Shown one piece after another: positions 29,622 to 39,222 of a stretch of 64,000 nucleotides of DNA. The stretch's first letter is position 1, and each line of letters opens with the position of its first letter. Made by a program: the position numbers and the translations under genes. The stretch is taken from NCBI GenBank assembly GCA_020632255.1, contig JACKFX010000006.1, positions 13,399 through 77,398 on the forward strand. The letters run 5' to 3'. The notes below the pieces were generated by a model. That model was not told where the DNA came from. It saw only the letters and a list, made by a program, of their open reading frames with translations, and did no database searches. Source of the stretch: Pseudomonadales bacterium. Its GTDB lineage: Bacteria; Patescibacteriota; Microgenomatia; UBA1400; PJMF01.

Positions 29622-30143
29622 TTAGAGTGAATTTAATGTATCGGCGGCTAAAGCCCACGAGCCCTCATGTATGTATGATTCAGCCTGCATACACATCTCA
29701 AGTTTCTGTGGATCATTGACGTAAAGCGTCTTTAAACTTTCGACTCTTTCTCTGAAGAGATCAGCTTTCAGTCTAACAGCTTTATCAACCATAATTTCTT
29801 CAAGGTCTGGAATAAGTTCTTCGAGATACTCGATAATTTTTTCTTGTGTTTCAATAGAAAGATTTGCACTGGATCCCCCAATGATGTCTTTGAGTTTTTG
29901 ATGCTCTGAATCAAGAATCAGCAAAGCCACATCATTCTCGAGAAAATCTTCCCAAATAACCTGTTGGAGATCATCTAGGAAACGTGATTTCTCTTCTTCT
30001 GTTCCATCGGTAACACCAAGTAACGAAAAAATATTTTGATCTTCTAACAACTGACTTCGAGATTCATCTGCGGGCTGGGGTGCTACTGGAGCACCAGCGC
30101 CAGGTGCTGGAGAAGTGTAGTCGGTAACGTAAGAATCGTTCAT
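29622..30143 (-). CDS. Hypothetical acidic cytoplasmic protein heading the mreBCD-mrdA operon.
   Basis: 173 aa, D/E-rich, no TM segment. Confidence 0.4.
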   Translation of the reverse strand: MNDSYVTDYTSPAPGAGAPVAPQPADESRSQLLEDQNIFSLLGVTDGTEEEKSRFLDDLQQVIWEDFLENDVALLILDSEHQKLKDIIGGSSANLSIETQEKIIEYLEELIPDLEEIMVDKAVRLKADLFRERVESLKTLYVNDPQKLEMCMQAESYIHEGSWALAADTLNSL

Positions 30144-30249
30144 AATGGCAGGCTATTATTTTAACTACTATTATAGTATAGTTTTTTTAGTAACTCTGCA
30201 AGAGTTAGGTGCCGGATCAGAATAGTTTGAAATGATGTATACTGACACC

Positions 30250-32409
30250 ATGTCTAAGAAATCTAGTCTATTCACCCCTCAAAACATCCTACTTTTTTTA
30301 TTCTACTCACTTTTTTTTCTCACTCCTCTCTATTTTCGATTTATAACCGAAGAACTTTTTGAGTTCAATAAGATGATCTTGGTGTACGGCTTCACCACCC
30401 TGATTTCTGCCACCTGGATTATTCGAATGGTACTAGAAAAAAAAGTACTACTCTCACGATCAAAACTTGATCTGCCACTAATGGCTTTTTTGGGCATTCA
30501 GTTCCTAGCATCCATTATTTCGCTTCACCCACGAACCTCATTCCTTGGGTACTATTCGCGATTCCACGGGGGCTTCCTCTCCACTCTCAGCTTTGTTAGC
30601 TTGTACTACGCTTTCATCAGTAACTTCGATAAAAAACACATTACTCAACTTTTAATCGCCTTCTTTAGTAGCGCAAGTCTTGTCTCAATTTGGGGTATCT
30701 TCGAACATTTTGGTCACTCCCTTAGCTGCGTCGCACTCAACAATACTTTCGATGTTTCTTGCTGGGTTCAAGACGTGCAAAATCGTGTCTATGCTTCTCT
30801 GGGTCAACCAAACTGGATGGCAGCTTTTTTAATTGGGATTATACCTGTAGCGCTTGCACTCGTGCTAACAAAAACCAAACGCGTGGGAGAGAGAATGCTG
30901 CTTTTTAGTACATTAACGCTTAGTCTCCTTGCACTCTACTACACCAAATCTCGATCCGGATTTTTGGGCCTAGCTGCTGGTCTGGGAGCATTTCTCTTGA
31001 TCGGAACACTATTCTGGCAAAAAACAAAAAAACAATCTCCTATCACCGCATCACAACTCAAAGCTGCTGGGTTAAGCCTTGTTATTTTTCTCGCCACAGC
31101 ACTAGTAACGGGGACGCCTTACACTCCATCTCTCAAAGAACTCACCTCAGAACCTAGCCCCGCGGCAGAAACAGACCCTCAACAAGTCGTCAATCGACTT
31201 GACATTGGAGGTACTGACTCTGGTGAAATTCGAAAAATTGTCTGGCAAGGTGCAATCGATGTTTGGAAACGGTATCCAATTTTAGGATCAGGTGTAGAAA
31301 CGTTTGCCTACAGTTACTACGCAGATAGACCAGTAGAACACAATACTGTTTCGGAGTGGGACTTCTTGTACAACAAAGCACACAACGAACTCTTAAACTA
31401 TCTGGCAACCACTGGGCTAGCAGGACTTCTCTCTTACCTGGCAGTTTGGATGACCATGGCAGTTCTGGTTATTAAGATGGTACTCACAACAAAAAAAATG
31501 GAAACCGATCATATCTTGGTGATTGGATTAACTGCCGGAATTGGAGCCATGTTTGTTTCGAACTTTTTTGGTTTTTCTACTGTTACCATCAGTCTTCTTA
31601 TGTATGCCTTCTTGGCAATGATTGCTCTGCTCACCGACTCAACTTGGCCATCAAAAACAACTTCAGCAAAAAAGCATACACCACATACTTCTCAGGGATT
31701 AGATGGAAGCCAGTACATGGCAATTACATTCATCTCAATCGTTACCATTTTCGCACTGGCAAAAATTTCGAGTTATTGGTCTGCAGACGTGCATTACGCA
31801 AGAGCAAAGACTCTTCTCAAATCTGGCGACTACGAAAGTGGTATTGCTCAGATGCAAACAGCAATTCAAAAATCCCCAAAAGAAGCCCTCTTTTATGATA
31901 CCTTCTCGGTAGAACTCGCCAACATTGCTGTCGCACTAGCAGAGCAACAAGAAACAACTGCGGCCGCACAAATTGCTCAATCTGCAATTGCGATGAGTGA
32001 CACTGCCATTCAACTCAACAACGCCCACCTCAACTTCTACAAAACACGAACTCGTATGTTCATCACCCTGTCACAAATTGAACCCCAATTGTTGACCAAG
32101 GCTCAAGAAACGCTGATTGCAGCAATTCAAAGATCACCAACTGATCCCAAACTGTACTACAACCTCGGAGTGGTCGAAAGTAGCCTTGGTAGCGTCGAAA
32201 CAGGAATATCATATCTAGAAAAGGCCGTTGAACTCAAACCCGACTACCCATCTGCTCGCCTCCAACTTGGAAAAGAGTACGCCGAGAACCAGCGATTTGC
32301 AGAAGCAAAACAGCAATTCGAGTTCATCCTAGCCAACATTGATCCACAAAACGTCGCTGCTCAGCAACAACTTGAACTCATTGCCACAGCTTCGGCAAAA
32401 ACGGAATAA
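30250..32409 (+). CDS. O-antigen ligase (Wzy_C)-like polytopic membrane protein fused to C-terminal TPR repeats.
   Basis: About 12 TM helices followed by TPR-like helical repeats (YYNLG..., LKPDYPSARLQLGKEYAE...). The ORF extends to 30232. Confidence 0.6.
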   Translation: MSKKSSLFTPQNILLFLFYSLFFLTPLYFRFITEELFEFNKMILVYGFTTLISATWIIRMVLEKKVLLSRSKLDLPLMAFLGIQFLASIISLHPRTSFLGYYSRFHGGFLSTLSFVSLYYAFISNFDKKHITQLLIAFFSSASLVSIWGIFEHFGHSLSCVALNNTFDVSCWVQDVQNRVYASLGQPNWMAAFLIGIIPVALALVLTKTKRVGERMLLFSTLTLSLLALYYTKSRSGFLGLAAGLGAFLLIGTLFWQKTKKQSPITASQLKAAGLSLVIFLATALVTGTPYTPSLKELTSEPSPAAETDPQQVVNRLDIGGTDSGEIRKIVWQGAIDVWKRYPILGSGVETFAYSYYADRPVEHNTVSEWDFLYNKAHNELLNYLATTGLAGLLSYLAVWMTMAVLVIKMVLTTKKMETDHILVIGLTAGIGAMFVSNFFGFSTVTISLLMYAFLAMIALLTDSTWPSKTTSAKKHTPHTSQGLDGSQYMAITFISIVTIFALAKISSYWSADVHYARAKTLLKSGDYESGIAQMQTAIQKSPKEALFYDTFSVELANIAVALAEQQETTAAAQIAQSAIAMSDTAIQLNNAHLNFYKTRTRMFITLSQIEPQLLTKAQETLIAAIQRSPTDPKLYYNLGVVESSLGSVETGISYLEKAVELKPDYPSARLQLGKEYAENQRFAEAKQQFEFILANIDPQNVAAQQQLELIATASAKTE

Positions 32410-32454
32410 ACTTGAAAAAAAACCGATCCTAGGAGACAATACGGACCTAAAAGT

Positions 32455-33021
32455 ATGAAGATTGTAACCATACCACACGAATCACTCCGCAGGGAAACTG
32501 AACTTGTCACCGACGTTGATAAGAAACTACTCAACTTTGTTCGTGATCTCCAAAAAACCCTCAAAAACAAAAAAAATCCTCAAGGGGTCGGCTTAGCTGC
32601 ACCACAAGTTGATAAAGGCTGGGCTATCTTTACCACACTATTGGACACGGTTCATGGTGCACTCGAACAGCGCATTTTTATCAATCCCAAAATAATTGAT
32701 GCTTCGGACGAGCTCATCACCGGACCAACTTCTGAAGAAGCTCAATTAGAAGGTTGTCTATCTATGCCAGGTTTATATGCTCCCGTGCTCCGTCACGAAT
32801 GGACAACCTTTACTTTCCAAACTATTGAAGGTACAGAACTTATCGAACACACCGAGACCTTTCATGACTTCGCATCTCGAGTCATGCAACATGAACTCGA
32901 CCACCTCCATGGCATCCTTTTCACCGACCGTGCACTCGAAGATGGCCTACCTGTCTATAAAGAAAATATCATTACCAAACAACTAGACGAAATTGACCCG
33001 GAGTTACTTTCACTTTTTTAA
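32455..33021 (+). CDS. def: Peptide deformylase.
   Basis: GVGLAAPQV, EGCLSMPG and HELDHL motifs. Confidence 0.9.
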   Translation: MKIVTIPHESLRRETELVTDVDKKLLNFVRDLQKTLKNKKNPQGVGLAAPQVDKGWAIFTTLLDTVHGALEQRIFINPKIIDASDELITGPTSEEAQLEGCLSMPGLYAPVLRHEWTTFTFQTIEGTELIEHTETFHDFASRVMQHELDHLHGILFTDRALEDGLPVYKENIITKQLDEIDPELLSLF

Positions 33022-33026
33022 GATCT

Positions 33027-33977
33027 ATGAAACCATACACTATAGCCATAGCCGGAACTACTCACCGTACTGTATTGTGTGCAGAAGCACTTCAAAAGGA
33101 TGCTCGTTTCACAATTCCATGGATCCTCACACCAACTCCTAAACCAGTTGGACGAAAAAAAGTGATAACTCCTTCTCCTCTACACAGTTTTGGGGAAGAC
33201 AACGACATCCCAGTCGTCATAGTTGAAAATAAAATCACTCCAGAGTTACTCCAAGAAGTACAGTCCTTTGGGGAAATCGACTTCCTTCTAGTTGTAGATT
33301 TCGGCTATATTGTCCCACGATCACTCTTAGTTTTACCAAGTATTGCTCCGCTCAATATTCACCCTTCAAAACTCCCCGATTGGCGCGGCAGCTCACCTGG
33401 CCAATTTGCTTTGTTGTATGGTCAAACACAGTCTGCGATCACGCTCATGCACATGAACTCACTCCTCGATCAAGGCCCGATCATCTCTCAACGTGCATTT
33501 GTTATTGAACAAAGCTGGAATGCAGAAGACTACTACCACCATGCATTCTCGCTCCTTGCACCACAGCTTGCAGACCTCATTATCGAGTACGCTCGAACTC
33601 GAGAAGAATCAAAACAACCATTTGAACCAACCACAAAAATCGCCCACCGAATCCAAAAAAATGATTCCTTTATTCCATGGGAAAACATCAAATCGAGCCT
33701 CGGCGGGGAAAACCCACCATCACTTTCAGAACTATCGCCACTTCTTCGAGATGCTCAGGCGGCACACCCTCACTTCGCAAGTCTTGTTGTTGCAGCAACC
33801 AAGGCCTTCACACCTTGGCCTCATGTCTGGACACTCATTACCACCTCTCAAGGTAAAAAGCGTATGCAGATTCATGATGCAAATCTGGATGGAAACAAAC
33901 TTGTTTTGAGCACTGTACAAATTGAAGGTCAATCATCTGCTCAGTTCAACCAAGTCAAGAATACTATTCTGGACTAA
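33027..33977 (+). CDS. fmt: Methionyl-tRNA formyltransferase.
   Basis: NIHPSKLPDWRGSSP motif with a C-terminal domain. Confidence 0.85.
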   Translation: MKPYTIAIAGTTHRTVLCAEALQKDARFTIPWILTPTPKPVGRKKVITPSPLHSFGEDNDIPVVIVENKITPELLQEVQSFGEIDFLLVVDFGYIVPRSLLVLPSIAPLNIHPSKLPDWRGSSPGQFALLYGQTQSAITLMHMNSLLDQGPIISQRAFVIEQSWNAEDYYHHAFSLLAPQLADLIIEYARTREESKQPFEPTTKIAHRIQKNDSFIPWENIKSSLGGENPPSLSELSPLLRDAQAAHPHFASLVVAATKAFTPWPHVWTLITTSQGKKRMQIHDANLDGNKLVLSTVQIEGQSSAQFNQVKNTILD

Positions 33978-33995
33978 TTCTCGTATCTCAAAAAA

Positions 33996-34040
33996 CAGCA
34001 CAAAAGAAACCCGAGTAGATCGGGTTTCCTAAATTCGCAA
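33996..34040 (-). terminator. Rho-independent terminator downstream of rpmB.
   Basis: Minus strand reads GAAACCCGATCTACTCGGGTTTC followed by a TTTTGTGCTGTTTTTT run. Confidence 0.5.
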
Positions 34041-34062
34041 CTGATGTGTACTACCGTATGAA

Positions 34063-34281
34063 CTATTTCTCTTCTGGCTTGGTCCAATGAGAAGTCATAC
34101 CGGCTTTTTTAAGCATACGAAGTACCTTGGTTGGTACACGCATTTTCTGCTTAGCGCCTTCAGATACAACCGTCACAGTGTGAAGATTGTATTTGAATGC
34201 TCTCTTGCTACGATTTTTAGCATGAGAAACTTTATTACCAGTATGTGCTGTTCGTGGGTATTTGAACGTAAAACTTGACAT
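34063..34281 (-). CDS. rpmB: 50S ribosomal protein L28.
   Basis: ...TGNKVSHAKNRSKRAFKYNLH...VSEGAKQKMRV... Confidence 0.8.
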   Translation of the reverse strand: MSSFTFKYPRTAHTGNKVSHAKNRSKRAFKYNLHTVTVVSEGAKQKMRVPTKVLRMLKKAGMTSHWTKPEEK

Positions 34282-34553
34282 AACAGACTGTGATTGTAAC
34301 ACCAGATTCATTTTTTTTCAAACAGTAATCTGTTGTCAGCTTCTTTTTCAGTTACACTCCTGAATAAGTCGCTTCTATGATCAGACTATACAAAACACTA
34401 CGTTAACCCTCAAATAATCTGTGTAGCCTTCACAAAACACTGAAGGGCAAGCTGACAACAAATTTGTGCCACAATGTGTCACAGAATGAATAAGAAATGA
34501 TAAGAATTACAACTGGCAAACAAGAATCATGACTGCTATACTGGCCGTCAGTT

Positions 34554-35186
34554 ATGCTCTTACAAACACTTTTTGAGAACCCAATCATCTTCTTTCTGAA
34601 TGTTGCTGGTCTGGTAGTTGCACTGACTATTCATGAGTTTGCCCACGCCTTCGTGGCAGACAAACTTGGTGATCCAACTCCAAAATACCAAGGCCGCGTT
34701 ACACTCAATCCTATGGCACACCTTGACCCCCTCGGAACTTTAGCAATCTTAATAGTTGGATTTGGTTGGGGCAAGCCAGTACAGTTCGATCCGTTTAACC
34801 TGAAAGAACCAAAGCGTGACACCGCATTAATTGCCCTAGCCGGACCTGCTAGCAATATACTTTTGGCAATTCTTTTGGGAATTGGGTTGAGCCTACTACC
34901 TGCCACTGGCGTCCTAGCGCCGATATTGGCTCGGTTTATGGTTTTTACTCTCTACATCAATGTGATGCTGGCTATTTTTAACCTGGTGCCAGTGTATCCA
35001 CTTGATGGTTCAAAAATTTTCGAAGCGCTCTTGCCACCAGACACTGCACTGGCCTACGAGCAATTTATGCATCGATATGGTTCAATTGTTTTACTCATGC
35101 TGATTGTGCCCTGGTCTGGAACTTCTGCAGTCTCAACACTCATTAGTCCAATCATCAACTTTATCGTTACTCTTTTGATTTTCTAG
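34554..35186 (+). CDS. Site-2 protease family (M50) zinc metalloprotease, membrane-embedded.
   Basis: HEFAHAF (HExxH) in a TM helix and LDGS in a later helix. Confidence 0.8.
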   Translation: MLLQTLFENPIIFFLNVAGLVVALTIHEFAHAFVADKLGDPTPKYQGRVTLNPMAHLDPLGTLAILIVGFGWGKPVQFDPFNLKEPKRDTALIALAGPASNILLAILLGIGLSLLPATGVLAPILARFMVFTLYINVMLAIFNLVPVYPLDGSKIFEALLPPDTALAYEQFMHRYGSIVLLMLIVPWSGTSAVSTLISPIINFIVTLLIF

Positions 35187-35192
35187 AAAAAT

Positions 35193-35810
35193 CTATACAA
35201 GCGGTAACACTTCTTCAAGAGAGTGAATTGTTGCAAAAATAGGGTGATTTTCTTCTGTTTTTCTATTGATCCAAACACCCCCAACCTCGATCGGCAGAGT
35301 TTCGAGATACTCTACTTTATCATCGATAACTATTGAAGGTTGTGAAAGCTTTGCAAGCACCTCAGGAGCTTGCTTTCTGCGAGCAATTACAATTTCTGAA
35401 GGTTCTAAATAATCACTGAGTCCAGTAAAGGTAATTTTGTTGGTCTGGAAATCTGTATACCCCTCAGAGTATACCCCCATCTGAATTCCTCGATCAGAAA
35501 GCTCTCTAACTAACGGCATCACATCTGAGAACAACATATCTCGGTATAGCTCTGGCTTTTCAAATAACCCCTGAATTACATGTTCTGGAGCAGTGCCTCC
35601 AACGTGAGCATATGTTGTTGCTAAAAAAGATGCGAATGCTTGGTACTGAAAATCGGTACTTTTTTCAAGATTTCCGAAATACTCATTTTCGGTTTGCTGA
35701 ATTTCTTCGAGTGGAACCCCCAAGAGTTCTTCAAGCTGAGGATCAATCCGGGTTTTCTTAAACAAATGAGTGGTAAATACGGTAGAATCTATATCGAAAT
35801 ATACTAACAT
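35193..35810 (-). CDS. HAD-superfamily hydrolase.
   Basis: DxDxT motif FDIDSTVF; the ORF extends to 35861. Confidence 0.7.
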   Translation of the reverse strand: MLVYFDIDSTVFTTHLFKKTRIDPQLEELLGVPLEEIQQTENEYFGNLEKSTDFQYQAFASFLATTYAHVGGTAPEHVIQGLFEKPELYRDMLFSDVMPLVRELSDRGIQMGVYSEGYTDFQTNKITFTGLSDYLEPSEIVIARRKQAPEVLAKLSQPSIVIDDKVEYLETLPIEVGGVWINRKTEENHPIFATIHSLEEVLPLV

Positions 35811-35826
35811 AGAACCATTGTACCTC

Positions 35827-36474
35827 ATGTCCACACAACATCCAAAAGTGCTTACGCTCACCTTAGGTGAACTCGATACAAACTGCTACATCGCATGGTG
35901 TCCCGAAACCCGAGAAGCAGTTATCATTGACCCAGCCGATGCAGGAGATGTAATTGCAGAAGAAATCGTTCGTAACAATCTCAAACCCACGGCGATTCTA
36001 CTTACGCATGGCCACTTTGACCACGTTCTTGGCTTACTCACACTGCGGCTTACCTTTGATGATATTCCTATTTTCTTACATCAAGATGACCTTTTCCTAA
36101 TCAAAGACGCTCAAAAAAGTGCCGAGTACTGGCTCAAGCATGAGGTAGATCCCGTGCCATCTCCAACACACAAACTCACTCCTGCAGCAATCTTTTCTTT
36201 TGGAAATTGTTCGCTGTCAACTCTCCCCACCCCTGGACACACACCTGGAAGTGTCAGTTTTGTTTCTGAAGTTGCCGAAGACGACATCCGAATTTTTTGT
36301 GGAGATACTGTCTTTGCGGGTGGCGTGGGTCGCACGGATTTTAAGTACTCAAGTGCACTAACTCTCGAGAAGTCACTGTCATGTCTGATGGAATTTCCAA
36401 TAGATACTCTCCTCTACCCTGGTCACGGACCAACTACCACAGTTGCACGCGAGCAGAAAAACCTCGGCTACTAG
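35827..36474 (+). CDS. MBL-fold metallo-hydrolase (glyoxalase-II-like).
   Basis: THGHFDHV (HxHxDH) with later His/Asp ligands. The ORF extends to 35770. Confidence 0.8.
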   Translation: MSTQHPKVLTLTLGELDTNCYIAWCPETREAVIIDPADAGDVIAEEIVRNNLKPTAILLTHGHFDHVLGLLTLRLTFDDIPIFLHQDDLFLIKDAQKSAEYWLKHEVDPVPSPTHKLTPAAIFSFGNCSLSTLPTPGHTPGSVSFVSEVAEDDIRIFCGDTVFAGGVGRTDFKYSSALTLEKSLSCLMEFPIDTLLYPGHGPTTTVAREQKNLGY

Positions 36475-37265
36475 CGACGAAACACCTTCATGAGTTTAGA
36501 AAGTAACTGAGTATAGACTTTCAAGTACAGTGGTTGAGACACTTTCTTGGTCAAACTTCTCTTCAAGCCTGCACGACGATGGAGTTGTAAGAATTCCTCC
36601 ACACAGATCTGATGAAACGCCGCAGGCGTGAGTTCTTGTTTTGTAAAACGACGACATCCTCCAGCATACGTAACAAACCTCATCTGCATCATCTCCCACC
36701 TATTTATTGTAAACAACACAGGCACATCTGGTGTTAATAATCTTGTGACCCCTTTTCTGAACCACACTTTTCTAACGTGTTGCCCGCCGTACGGCGCGAG
36801 AACAACAATAGTTCCTGGTGTAGCTACAGCTTTTTCTGCTGCCTCCATATACTCTTTGTTTACCTGGTGCATTTCCTCATTTGTTGCACCAGTGAAATCT
36901 GTAACTTTTAGGTCGGTGTACCCAAACTCTTCTTTGCGATACACAAGAAGCAAACCAAACACACTTTTGAGTTGCTTCAGGAAATGAAACCAAAAAACAC
37001 TGTAGTAGAAAGATGCGGCAATTGGCAACAGTGCTCTTTTGACTTGGGGTTGGCGCAAACAGAGTGTCTCTGTGGCAAAAATGTCAACAACACCAGGATG
37101 AGCATCTAACACAACGCCTCCAGTCTTTTCTACAGAGTCCATAAATAATCCAAAGTTGGCTTGAGTTATTTGGTCGTCACTCAATACTGAACGTGTGAAA
37201 ATACGACCATATGGAGTGCCAAAATATCGAGAATCGTTAATTTTGCTTAAAAATTTTTTATTCAT
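36471..37265 (-). CDS. Hypothetical protein (264 aa).
   Basis: Clean ORF, no motif recognised. Confidence 0.4.
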   Translation of the reverse strand: MNKKFLSKINDSRYFGTPYGRIFTRSVLSDDQITQANFGLFMDSVEKTGGVVLDAHPGVVDIFATETLCLRQPQVKRALLPIAASFYYSVFWFHFLKQLKSVFGLLLVYRKEEFGYTDLKVTDFTGATNEEMHQVNKEYMEAAEKAVATPGTIVVLAPYGGQHVRKVWFRKGVTRLLTPDVPVLFTINRWEMMQMRFVTYAGGCRRFTKQELTPAAFHQICVEEFLQLHRRAGLKRSLTKKVSQPLYLKVYTQLLSKLMKVFRR

Positions 37266-37417
37266 ACATACGATTAATTTGAACTTTTTGATTATTTTTA
37301 GTACTCTTATTGTTTTTTGCCTAAACTGAGCTCATAAAACGAAAGAAAACCGAATCTCTATACTTGTGCTCTGACCTCACTATACGATATTTTGATACGT
37401 GTAGACTAGTAGAAACG

Positions 37418-37447
37418 AAATCAGCCGGGCGCAAGCGCCCGGCTGAG
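37418..37447 (-). terminator. GC-rich hairpin terminator downstream of the small secreted-protein gene.
   Basis: CAGCCGGGCGC-AAG-GCGCCCGGCTG is an 11-bp stem. On the minus strand it is followed by ATTTCGTTTCT. Confidence 0.5.
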
Positions 37448-37694
37448 AAACTACACCTAATCGAGACGGATGCTTTCAGGAGCGAATGGACGCTGCTGGA
37501 TGCCACCTGACGAAAACTAACACTCGAGGCACAACATGAGGGGATCAACCAATGGCTTGATTCTCACTGGTTCTGCCGTTACTTTGGCTATGGTAACGGC
37601 AGTCGGGTCGCAGGACCCAAACTCCTGTTGAGGTCTCCACCAGTTGAGGTAAGTTTCAACTGGATACTTCAGACATTATTCCATCACAGTTATG

Positions 37695-38003
37695 TTACCG
37701 TATGGAGACATACCGTGATGGGTACATTCCTGAAAATTTTACATTATTCTGGGCACTGTCCCAGGTATGGGACAGTGTCACGTTGGACGAGTCGACAATT
37801 GTCAACTCACCAACCGAATTTTCATCAACTTCCTGTGGCGCCCCCGGAAAAACTACTAGTGCATTGAGAGCACCGTCTGATAGGCAGATGTGAGACAGCC
37901 TTGGCCCCGCAGGGATCTCGGCTCTCACCGACTGCGTCAAGTTGCAAAAGATCGGCGCTACAAAAACGAGAAATAAGAAGAAACGCATGTATGTTGCCTT
38001 CAT
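37695..38003 (-). CDS. Small secreted/exported hypothetical protein (102 aa).
   Basis: Strong RBS AGGAGG 5 nt before the ATG. N-terminal signal peptide MKATYMRFFLFLVFVAPIFC...VRAE. Confidence 0.6.
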   Translation of the reverse strand: MKATYMRFFLFLVFVAPIFCNLTQSVRAEIPAGPRLSHICLSDGALNALVVFPGAPQEVDENSVGELTIVDSSNVTLSHTWDSAQNNVKFSGMYPSRYVSIR

Positions 38004-38247
38004 TTTTCCTCCTGCTTTTCTGTGGATGACGCACAGGCCTCAAACTTACTGTTGCATGTGCGTCATCACGAGTGGTGTGTTAAAGATCGCACATTTTGAG
38101 AGCCATTGCTCTCTGATGTACTGTTGAAGTCAAGTATACAATCTAAACATCGATAAATCAATGAAATATTTCACATAGGGGTTTTGATATTTCTAGTCGG
38201 CAAAATGAATGGTGAATGGTACAATTGTGAACAACAAGATGCGTAGT

Positions 38248-38318
38248 AGGGCCGTAGTTCAGCGGTAGAATAGAGGTCTCCAAAACCTTTGACGGGGGTT
38301 CGATTCCCTCCGGCCCTG
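38248..38318 (+). tRNA. tRNA-Trp (anticodon CCA).
   Basis: Cloverleaf: acceptor AGGGCCG/CGGCCCT, D-arm GTTC/GAAT, anticodon stem GAGGT/ACCTT with loop CTCCAAA, T-arm GGGGG-TTCGATT-CCCTC, discriminator G. It closely resembles bacterial tRNA-Trp. Confidence 0.9.
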
Positions 38319-38333
38319 CAAAATCCTATAATA

Positions 38334-38362
38334 TTGACTTTTGCGCTATTCATTGCTATAAT
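38334..38362 (+). promoter_or_regulatory. Consensus sigma70-like promoter downstream of tRNA-Trp. Likely the ancestral secE-nusG promoter, now separated from those genes.
   Basis: TTGACT, a 17-bp spacer, then TATAAT. Confidence 0.5.
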
Positions 38363-38409
38363 CACTGAAGTTTAAAATCATATTTTCTAGATCACAGGAG
38401 ATCAGATGA

Positions 38410-39150
38410 AAAAGAAACAAAGGCAGACTGTCAAGCGCTCTTTTCATAGACAGTGAGTTAAGATAGTTGGCGTGGAATTTAGAGGGCGGCATTTCAGAGC
38501 AGAGTGGATTCTTTCGTGGTTGTAGCTGTAAAGTGTGGTGGATGGCTTCTAGAAAATGTCCAGTATCTTCAAAGTGGTCAAATTCTAGACCTAAATCAGT
38601 CTTAAAGTTGTTGTAAAAGCTCTAGTAGCCGTTCTCCGAGGAGAGGCCTTGGCACTCATGGAAACTGTTACTCCAAAATTCTTTACTAAATCTGTGTAAT
38701 CCTGGCTGGTATATTCCGCTCCTTGGTCTGTGTGGACAAATGTTGGTTTTGGAAATCTCGGTTTACTAAGCCATCTACAAAGGCTTGCATAACCAGATTT
38801 TTGTCGTGTCTTTGGGAAACCTGCCATCCCACAATTTCTCTGGTAAATACGTCATAAAAGTAGCTAGGATAGAAAGCTTTCCTTAAATGGCAAGTACGTA
38901 AAATCTCCCACCCAAGTGTGGTTTGGCAAGATTGGACAGCTTCCTTTATCTCATTCTGGTATGGAGCTGGTTTTCTTTGCTCGTCCCGGCTTCTCCATCT
39001 GGCTTTTCTCTTGTATGGCTTAAGCCATACTTGTGCATTAATCAATGCTCTTTTTCCTACGCCAAGCTCAATGGAGATTCTTCGGTAGCCATAGCTCGCT
39101 TGTTAGAACTGAGCCCCAAAGGCTTCTATCTGCTCTTGAGCACAGCATCT
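38410..39150 (-). pseudogene. Degenerate IS3/IS481-family (rve integrase-core) transposase, disrupted by multiple frameshifts and stops.
   Basis: Fragments in different frames: HTDQGAEYTSQDYTDLV..GVTVSMS (DDE core), YNHERIHSAL (C-terminal signature) and a possible OrfA/OrfB junction-like ...SLWGSVLTSEL. No intact ORF. Confidence 0.75.
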
Positions 39151-39222
39151 TTATGCTCCTGTACAAAATCTTTTATACAACCATTGCCTGAAACACGAAA
39201 ATATCTGCTACTACATTCTTGG

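Noticed and set aside
37540-37642. tRNA or tmRNA gene (7-bp acceptor helix plus encoded ACCA)
   Set aside because: No T-arm or D-arm can be placed at canonical positions. At 103 nt it is too short for tmRNA, and the internal hairpins have non-tRNA stem and loop lengths.
36496-39045. Assorted 60-130 aa ORFs on the opposite strand of, or inside, annotated genes and the IS3 relic (for example 36628-36987, 37825-38043, 38923-39321)
   Set aside because: These are antisense or overlapping ORFs with no RBS and with low-complexity or composition-driven translations. The 38591-39045 ORFs are frame fragments of the dead transposase, not separate genes.
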